Part shown: positions 55,694-64,000 of the stretch, piece by piece
Numbering within the stretch: the stretch's first letter is position 1
Layout: the number at the start of each line of letters is the position of its first letter
Assembly (NCBI GenBank): GCA_002335385.1
Contig: DCVK01000016.1
Span: 11,224 to 75,223 of the forward strand
Length of the DNA: 64,000 nt
Source of the DNA: Candidatus Aminicenantes bacterium UBA2190
Lineage (GTDB): Bacteria > Acidobacteriota > Aminicenantia > UBA2199
Reading direction: 5' to 3'
Position numbers and translations under genes: made by a program
Notes under the pieces: model-generated
Told to the model about the DNA's origin: nothing
The model's database searches: none
The model's input: the letters and a program-made list of their open reading frames with translations, nothing else

Positions 55694-56905
55694 ATGCGGA
55701 TGATGTTTTTTAGCAGAAACCATGTTCTCGCGGGCTTGACCTTGGTTCTGGCAATCTTACTCCCGGCCGCCCATGCCTGGGCGCAAAAACGGGATGCCCA
55801 GGACCGGATCGACGCCATCGAAGTCCGCAGCGACCAGGCCGCCAAGCAGCGGCGGCAGGTGCGCGAGGAGCTCAACCAGGCCGATCGCCTGGCCGGAATC
55901 GCGGCAGACTGGTTCCAGAAGAAGAGCCAGGTCGACACGGAGATCCGGCGCCTCGAGGAACAGAAAAGAAGCGGCGGCTTCAACATCTACGACACCCGGC
56001 AGCTGGACGACCAGCTGCAGGCCTTGCGCAGAAAGCTCGACGGCATCATGCGGCTGGATGGCGGACTGGCGATCGACGGCGTCCCGTTCAGCTCGCTTTT
56101 TCAACTACAGGAGGAGGTCAAGCGGAAAAACAGCGAGGCGCTGCAACTGAACGACGAATACATCCGGCTGACGCAGGAGCTGAGGGCCCTGGACCAGGAG
56201 CGGGACGCACTGCTCCCGCAAGCGCTGGACCAGGCAAAAACTCAACTTCGCTCCGACAAATCCACGCTCAGCTACCTGCGGGAGGACCTGGAGATGCTGC
56301 AGGAGCTGGTGGGCAACAACGGGCTCTGGATACTGCAGGGCGCGATAAAATTGGGCGCCATGGCCCCGCACATGTCCCGCGAGAGGGCCATCACCATGCT
56401 CACCAACGAATACATTCTCTCGGTCCAGTCCACTCCCGGGAAAAAGGTCGACCACCGGGAACTTGCCGAAAAGATCAAGAAATACCAGGCGGAATCGGAG
56501 GCGATCAAGCGCGAAGTGCGCGAGCGGATCATTCCGGAAAAGATCCGCGAGATCGAGGAACTGCAGCGCCGGGTCAGCCTGCTGGAGGGCGGCCCCCGCG
56601 AGATCAAGGGCTGTTGGGTCATCGTGGTGGGCAGCGGGAATTACCCGGTCGTCGAGATCGCCGGCAACGCCCAGGGGGATTACGAGGCGATCCTGATCCA
56701 TGTCGGGCAGCTCGACTTTTTCAGGCGCGGCAACCGGCTGTTCTCGGTCAGCCGGGTCAACGACGACACCTACGACGGCACCGAGCACTCCTTCACCGCC
56801 GATGGCCGCCCCGTGAAAGTCGCGCTGCGGCTCGTCATGAGCCGGGACGGAAAATCCATCAGCTATCGTGCCGACTCCATCCTGACGCTGCGCCGCTGCG
56901 ATTGA
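55694..56905 (+). CDS. Hypothetical secreted coiled-coil protein with a Cys-bracketed beta C-domain
   Basis: Start at MRMMFFSRNHVLAGLTLVLAILLPAAHAWA (GAGGGAGGAA RBS). Long heptad-like E/K/Q/L-rich region. C-domain KGCWVIVVGSGNYPVVEIAG...LTLRRCD. Confidence 0.5.
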   Translation: MRMMFFSRNHVLAGLTLVLAILLPAAHAWAQKRDAQDRIDAIEVRSDQAAKQRRQVREELNQADRLAGIAADWFQKKSQVDTEIRRLEEQKRSGGFNIYDTRQLDDQLQALRRKLDGIMRLDGGLAIDGVPFSSLFQLQEEVKRKNSEALQLNDEYIRLTQELRALDQERDALLPQALDQAKTQLRSDKSTLSYLREDLEMLQELVGNNGLWILQGAIKLGAMAPHMSRERAITMLTNEYILSVQSTPGKKVDHRELAEKIKKYQAESEAIKREVRERIIPEKIREIEELQRRVSLLEGGPREIKGCWVIVVGSGNYPVVEIAGNAQGDYEAILIHVGQLDFFRRGNRLFSVSRVNDDTYDGTEHSFTADGRPVKVALRLVMSRDGKSISYRADSILTLRRCD

Positions 56906-56951
56906 AGCGCCGGCCTTTTCTCAACCCGCAAACCTTGACCCCGCCAACAGT

Positions 56952-57054
56952 ACTTTCGAACAGGAAAAGCATGGCCACGCCAAGCCATGCGACCAGCGTG
57001 CCGCTGATCGCCCGGGACGTGATCCTATCCCTGAACAGGAAATGGGAGACCGGC
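56952..57054 (-). pseudogene. Remnant of the 3' end of an EamA/DMT transporter gene
   Basis: Encodes PVSHFLFRDRITSRAISGTLVAWLGVAMLFLFES, against PVSHFLFRERITSRAIIGTLVALFGVVMLFLS* at the end of the intact gene (57650-57748). No upstream coding continuation. Confidence 0.75.
56961..57054. repeat. Direct repeat copy A (94 bp; 85% identical to copy B at 57656-57749)
   Basis: Hand alignment gives 14 mismatches in 94 nt, with a 27-nt perfect core TCCCTGAACAGGAAATGGGAGACCGGC (57028-57054 and 57723-57749). Confidence 0.8.
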
Positions 57055-57070
57055 GGCGAAAGGGTGAAGG

Positions 57071-57532
57071 TCAGTCTTGGGCGGCCTGCCAGGTGCCGCT
57101 GCCGCGGCAGGGATCGGTGCTGCCGATCTCTTCCCAGGTGCCCTTGATCTGCCATTTGCCGAGCCGCTGGCATATGGTGCCCTTGAAATTGACCGTGTTG
57201 CCGCCGGGAGTGACGATGCTGCCCTCGAGCAGGCAGCAGCGACGCAGCCCCCGGCGCAGGGAGCCGGTCCAGTGGTTCAACGTCCCGGAGGAATCGACGA
57301 TCGTTCCCCTTATGGACGCCGAGCACGGCTTCATCTGATGAATGACCATGGTGAACTTTTCCTTTACCGGGGCCGGGCAGTTCGGCTTGGCATAATTAAC
57401 CTGGAACCCCTTGTACTCGCCGGCAATGCAGCATAGTTCCAGGGATTGCGCCGGCAGGGAAATCGCTGACAACCAGCCAATGACGATCAATGCAAGAGCG
57501 ACCGGGAATGCGCCATGATTTTTTTTGCTCAC
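57071..57532 (-). CDS. Small secreted Cys-rich protein (8 Cys in the mature part)
   Basis: GTG start at 57532 with AGGAGG 5 nt upstream. Signal peptide VSKKNHGAFPVALALIVIGWLSAISLPAQS. The stop codon abuts the EamA remnant. Confidence 0.55.
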   Translation of the reverse strand: MSKKNHGAFPVALALIVIGWLSAISLPAQSLELCCIAGEYKGFQVNYAKPNCPAPVKEKFTMVIHQMKPCSASIRGTIVDSSGTLNHWTGSLRRGLRRCCLLEGSIVTPGGNTVNFKGTICQRLGKWQIKGTWEEIGSTDPCRGSGTWQAAQD

Positions 57533-57649
57533 AATTTCCTCCTGATTTTCTATCCTTAAATAGAAAATACCCGGGAAAATCTCGTGAACAGTTTTCTTTC
57601 CTGCCCCGATTCGCATCCGGCGGCAGCCTTTTCCGGCGCCAGGGAAACG

Positions 57650-58558
57650 TCAGCTCAGGAAGAGCATGACCACCCCGAACAGCGCGACCAGGGTGCCAAT
57701 AATCGCCCGCGAGGTGATCCTTTCCCTGAACAGGAAATGGGAGACCGGCAGCAGCATCACCGGGGTGAGCGACATCAGCGTCGAGGCGACGCCGATATGG
57801 GCGTGGGCAATGGCCACCAGCGAGAGGGTAACGCCCAGGACCGGGCCGGTCAGCGAGCCGGCGGTGATCTGCAGCAGCGCCCTGCCGTCCTTCATCGCGG
57901 CCAGGTGGCCGCGCAGCTTCCCCTGGAAGAGGTTGAGGAGCGCCAGCAGCAGTCCGGCGACGCCGACGCGGACCAGGGTGGCGGAGATGGCCGAATAATC
58001 GCCGGCCAGCCCCAGCCGCGAAAACAGCAATCCCAGCGCCTGCCCAGCCGCGCCGCCTACTGCCAGCCATATGCCCAGGAATTTTTCCCGCGGCAACGCA
58101 GAGCCGGGATCACCCTCCGGCGCCGACCGTTCCGCCACCACCCAGGCGACGCCGCCGAGGGTCACCACGATGCTGGCGATCTCCAGGATTCGCAGCGTCT
58201 CGCCCAGGAACGCCCAGGCCAGGAAGGCGCCGAAGACCGGTACCAGCAGCGCCAGCAGCATGGCCCGGCGCGGGCCGATGAGCAGGAAGGACTCGAACAG
58301 CATGGCGTCGCCGATGACGAAGCCGATCACGCCGGAGAGCCCCAGGTAAAACAATCTCTTGAGCTCGATATCCACGGGCAACGGCGTGCCGAACAGCGCC
58401 CCGTGCAGCAGCAGCAGGGCCGGGAAGGCGATCCACAGGCGAACGGAGTTGACGGCGGACGAGCCCACCCGCTTCCCGGCCAGGGTAAAGATCACCGAGT
58501 TGAACGACCAGCAGGCCGCCGTGAGCAACGCCGCGATCTCGCCAATTATTTGGGACAT
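57650..58558 (-). CDS. EamA/DMT-family transporter (10 TM)
   Basis: Two EamA-like halves, polytopic; starts MSQIIGEIAALLTAACWSFNSVIFT. Confidence 0.85.
   Translation of the reverse strand: MSQIIGEIAALLTAACWSFNSVIFTLAGKRVGSSAVNSVRLWIAFPALLLLHGALFGTPLPVDIELKRLFYLGLSGVIGFVIGDAMLFESFLLIGPRRAMLLALLVPVFGAFLAWAFLGETLRILEIASIVVTLGGVAWVVAERSAPEGDPGSALPREKFLGIWLAVGGAAGQALGLLFSRLGLAGDYSAISATLVRVGVAGLLLALLNLFQGKLRGHLAAMKDGRALLQITAGSLTGPVLGVTLSLVAIAHAHIGVASTLMSLTPVMLLPVSHFLFRERITSRAIIGTLVALFGVVMLFLS
57656..57749. repeat. Direct repeat copy B (3' end of the intact EamA gene)
   Basis: See copy A. The two copies are offset by 695 bp. Confidence 0.8.
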
Positions 58559-58759
58559 ATGAATTCCCCTCGGGGATCATTCAGGAAGCCGCATTATATC
58601 AGGAATCACGGTCATACATAAGAAGGCGGATCGCCCTGGGCACTCCCTCCCGGATCATGCGCCGAGTCCTCTGGGCAAAAAACGTCACGCGGCAGAGAGG
58701 AAATATCGCCGCAGGGAAAAAGTTTTTAAAGGGCCTGGTTGCGGCTGTATGCGCCCGGC

Positions 58760-60910
58760 TTACTGCAGGGCGAAGGGAGCATCGCTGGCATCGACGATCT
58801 CGGTACCGATCTCGCGGACGCGAATAAGATAGCCGGTCCCGGCCGGGGCGATGCCGCCCTGGGTTGAACCGGCCGTCCAGTCGAGGACACCGAGAAGCGG
58901 GTCCACTTTATCGGCGATGACCCCCACTTGCGCCCCCCCCCGCCACAGGGTGATCCGCAGCAGGCCCAATCCGCCGGCGCGCCAGGAAATGGGCGCAGTA
59001 CTGCCGATGCCCGGGTTCTCGCCGCCATTGGGAGACAGCACCCGCAACTTGACCAGGGAAAAAGGGGCATCGCAGGCATCGTTCGTGATGCCGGGCGCCT
59101 TGATCTTGATCCTGTAGCCGTCATCCACGAGCGCCGAACCGCCGATATAATCGCCGACCCGCCACGTGTAGGCCCCGGAAAGGGGATCGAGGTTTTCGGC
59201 GATGGTGCCGATCAGGACCCCGTCCCGCCACAGGAACATCTGCAAGGGCTTCGAAATCCCGGTCGTTTCCCAGGAAATCCGACGGAATGTTTTCTTGTTC
59301 AGCCTTTCGCCGCCATTGGGGCTGACGACGGCGATGGCGGGTTCGCTTTTGACCAATTCGATGCCGCTCCCGGTGCCGAGGTTCCGCGAATACTGCCGAT
59401 CGACGGCATTGTTCCAGTGTTCGTGGACCCCCAGGTTCTGCAGGGGGGTGCCGTCTCCCTCCGGATCGTACACCGATCCCGAGGGTGGGCTGCCGGCCTG
59501 GGCCGCCTCATGCAGGTAATTGCAGGTGTTGGCGGTCATGGCCGCGACCTGCATGGCGGGCTCGTTGCGCAGGAAATCCAGGCCGACGGAGTCGATGGCC
59601 ACCGGATCCAGGGACACCAGCAGGCTGGAGAAGTAGCCGTTGTCAAGGGACTGCCAGCGGCTGATGGTCTTGGAGCCCTGGTGAACGGCCGTGTACAAGC
59701 CGTCCATTACGTAAAGAACGGTCTTGCCGCCCAGCTGCCCGTGCCCGGTCAAGACCGGGTGGCAATGGGGATCGCCGAGCTCATTGACGGGATTCCTGAC
59801 GGTGCCGAAGCCGTGCAGCAGGCTGGGGGAAAAAGCCGTGCCGTTAAAGACCGATCCAAAATTGTTTTTGCCGGCCAGGGTGACGCCGAAGAGCTCGTGG
59901 GCACGGAGCAGCGACAGGTTGATGATGTAGCCGGCCTCGGTGAAGCAGGTAGGCGGGTAGTGATCCGGTATGTCGGCGGCGGCAGAATCGGGCTTGACGA
60001 ACTGGATGGCATGGGCGTAATCGGGGCTGGCCGCCGATCGGCCGTTCTTGCTCAAATCGGGCCTGACCACAAAGTTCACCGCCTGGAAATGGGGGTCGGG
60101 ATTGCCGCGGATCTTGTCGTAGATCGGATCCCCGATGTAGCGCGAGGCATCGGCGATGGTGATGTCGGCGCCGGCCACGCCGGCCGTCCCGATCAGCTGG
60201 CTGACCAGGGCATAGACCAGATGCGGGCTTTGAAATCCGCCGTTGTCCCAAGTGCCGCTGAAATCCTGGTTGCCGTTGATCTTGATGACGATCTTTTCCC
60301 CGGCCTGGTAGCCGCGGTCACCGCGGCCCCTGGACACGTTGGAGAAACGGAACAGGGCTTGCCAGGCAACGGAGTTCGTGGACGCGCCGCTGATCAGCTG
60401 CAGCGAGCGCGAGAGCATGCTGCTGACGGCGAACTGGCTGGTGTTGCCGTCGCTCCACCAGAAACCGCTGGCCCCGTCCCACGGCGTGGCATTGGTGTCG
60501 CGTACCCAGACGACGCGGCCCGGGAAAATTCCCTTGGCCGTGCCGACCGGCTGATTGGGGGCATCGCCGGGCACAAAGCCCTGAACGGCGATCTCCGCTT
60601 GCGCCTCGGGCGCCAGATAAGGCGCCGCCACCGCCATCAAGGCGATGCCCGACAGGGCGATGATCGGCAGGCGCAAGCGGACGGCATGCCGGTTCAGCCG
60701 CTGCAGTAAAACGGCCGGGACGAGCATGGCCAGGAGGTAAGTGAGAAACCCGCCTCCCAGTCCGGCGGCCACCCGCTGGCAGGGGTAAGCCGCCCGCGAG
60801 GGTTTGGGGACGACCCGGATGAGGAACCAGATGAGGGCCAGCAGGCCCACCAGCGGGAAAAGAGGCACCGCTGCCTTGCGCGCCATTATTTGCATGGTTT
60901 TCTTGTTCAT
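58760..60910 (-). CDS. Membrane-anchored DUF362-domain protein with two tandem C-terminal beta-sandwich repeats
   Basis: Start at MNKKTMQIMARKAAVPLFPLVGLLALIWF. DUF362-like motifs GEKIVIKINGNQ and SLDPVAIDSVGLDFL. Two repeats of ~95 aa start VVSPNGGERL... and VLSPNGGENP... Confidence 0.65.
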   Translation of the reverse strand: MNKKTMQIMARKAAVPLFPLVGLLALIWFLIRVVPKPSRAAYPCQRVAAGLGGGFLTYLLAMLVPAVLLQRLNRHAVRLRLPIIALSGIALMAVAAPYLAPEAQAEIAVQGFVPGDAPNQPVGTAKGIFPGRVVWVRDTNATPWDGASGFWWSDGNTSQFAVSSMLSRSLQLISGASTNSVAWQALFRFSNVSRGRGDRGYQAGEKIVIKINGNQDFSGTWDNGGFQSPHLVYALVSQLIGTAGVAGADITIADASRYIGDPIYDKIRGNPDPHFQAVNFVVRPDLSKNGRSAASPDYAHAIQFVKPDSAAADIPDHYPPTCFTEAGYIINLSLLRAHELFGVTLAGKNNFGSVFNGTAFSPSLLHGFGTVRNPVNELGDPHCHPVLTGHGQLGGKTVLYVMDGLYTAVHQGSKTISRWQSLDNGYFSSLLVSLDPVAIDSVGLDFLRNEPAMQVAAMTANTCNYLHEAAQAGSPPSGSVYDPEGDGTPLQNLGVHEHWNNAVDRQYSRNLGTGSGIELVKSEPAIAVVSPNGGERLNKKTFRRISWETTGISKPLQMFLWRDGVLIGTIAENLDPLSGAYTWRVGDYIGGSALVDDGYRIKIKAPGITNDACDAPFSLVKLRVLSPNGGENPGIGSTAPISWRAGGLGLLRITLWRGGAQVGVIADKVDPLLGVLDWTAGSTQGGIAPAGTGYLIRVREIGTEIVDASDAPFALQ

Positions 60911-61046
60911 ACTATTCCCCCTGCCTGATTTATAACCTTGGCAGTTATATATATAGCACAATTCCAGGTATTTGCAACATATCTCTGCAATGGCTGCGAA
61001 AAGTAATTAAATGGCCGCTCGGGCGGCCAGGGCCAGGCCTTGCGCT

Positions 61047-61589
61047 TCAAACTCCAGGCGGAAGCTTGGCGCGCATCAGCTCCCGGTGGCTGAATTTCCT
61101 GCCGTCGGCGATGAAGGTCCCGTCGCCGACGGCATGGAACATCCGCCGCTCCCGGCGCTTCGGGTCGATCCAGGCGCGCACGGCGTCCAGGACGAAGATG
61201 TCGTGCTTCCTGATATGGTCGACGACGCGGCACTCGATGTTGGCCAGGCACTCGGCGACCAGCGGCGCCTTGACCGCCTTGGCCCGGAGCGGGGTCAGCC
61301 TGAACTTTTTGAACTTGTCGGTATCGGTGCCGCTGCAGGCGCCTATGGCCACGACCTTGCGCGCCAGGTCGACTCCGGGCACGGCGATTACGCACTCGCG
61401 CTCACGGACCAGCGCCTTGTAGGAGTGGTTCCACGACCCGGTAACGAAGGCGATGCGCGGCGTGAAGTCCACGACCATGTGCCAGGAGAGGGTCATGACG
61501 TTTTTCTTCTTCGCCGTTGCCGTGGTCAGCAGGACCACCGGTCCCGGCTCCAGCAACATGAACGCCTTGGCCAGGGGCAGTTCTTCCAT
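61047..61589 (-). CDS. Flavin reductase-like (FMN-binding split-barrel) protein
   Basis: Sequence PGPVVLLTTATAKKKNVMTLSWHMVV...GSWNHSYKALVRERECVIAVP. Confidence 0.8.
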   Translation of the reverse strand: MEELPLAKAFMLLEPGPVVLLTTATAKKKNVMTLSWHMVVDFTPRIAFVTGSWNHSYKALVRERECVIAVPGVDLARKVVAIGACSGTDTDKFKKFRLTPLRAKAVKAPLVAECLANIECRVVDHIRKHDIFVLDAVRAWIDPKRRERRMFHAVGDGTFIADGRKFSHRELMRAKLPPGV

Positions 61590-61613
61590 CGCCGTGCCGC
61601 CCGCGAACCGCCG

Positions 61614-64000
<2,387 letters not shown>

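Overview
High-GC (about 65% in sampled lines) bacterial chromosomal window, densely coding. Composition and gene content suggest an Acidobacteria-like or other uncultivated lineage, but taxonomy cannot be fixed from sequence alone. Most of it is housekeeping. The conserved rpmH-rnpA-yidD-yidC-jag-mnmE-mnmG cluster sits at 16038->9778 on the minus strand. Also present are pepT, two tricorn-like S41 proteases, fhs, an NtrY-like kinase, tRNA-Arg(CCT), pyrK-pyrD, asnS, a C1 peptidase, pbpC plus an alpha-2-macroglobulin, HU and trkAH. The best candidate for an undescribed system is a tightly coupled six-gene operon (9335->2983, minus strand). It encodes a TonB-dependent receptor, a YtkA/FixH-like Met/His protein, a porin-like barrel, a degenerate FMN_bind lipoprotein and a MacB/FtsX-type ABC pump, with no membrane-fusion partner. 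An 8+8 bp palindrome lies upstream of it. Other points of interest: (1) rnpA is split by a frameshift in an A10/T10 homopolymer. (2) A roughly 1.2 kb low-GC (37-40%) island carries a sulfotransferase-like gene. (3) A standalone pseudopilin cluster lies divergent from comEA, with a possibly split GspJ-like gene. (4) A lower-GC cluster of four uncharacterised secreted proteins ends at a 94-bp, 85%-identical duplication of the 3' end of an EamA transporter gene. No CRISPR array, transposase, integrase or rRNA was seen. All calls rest on reading the ORF translations and the raw sequence by eye; no database search or program was run. Features absent from the ORF track (rpmH, tRNA, the partial sensor, promoters, terminators, repeats) were placed by hand and calibrated against ORF-track coordinates.
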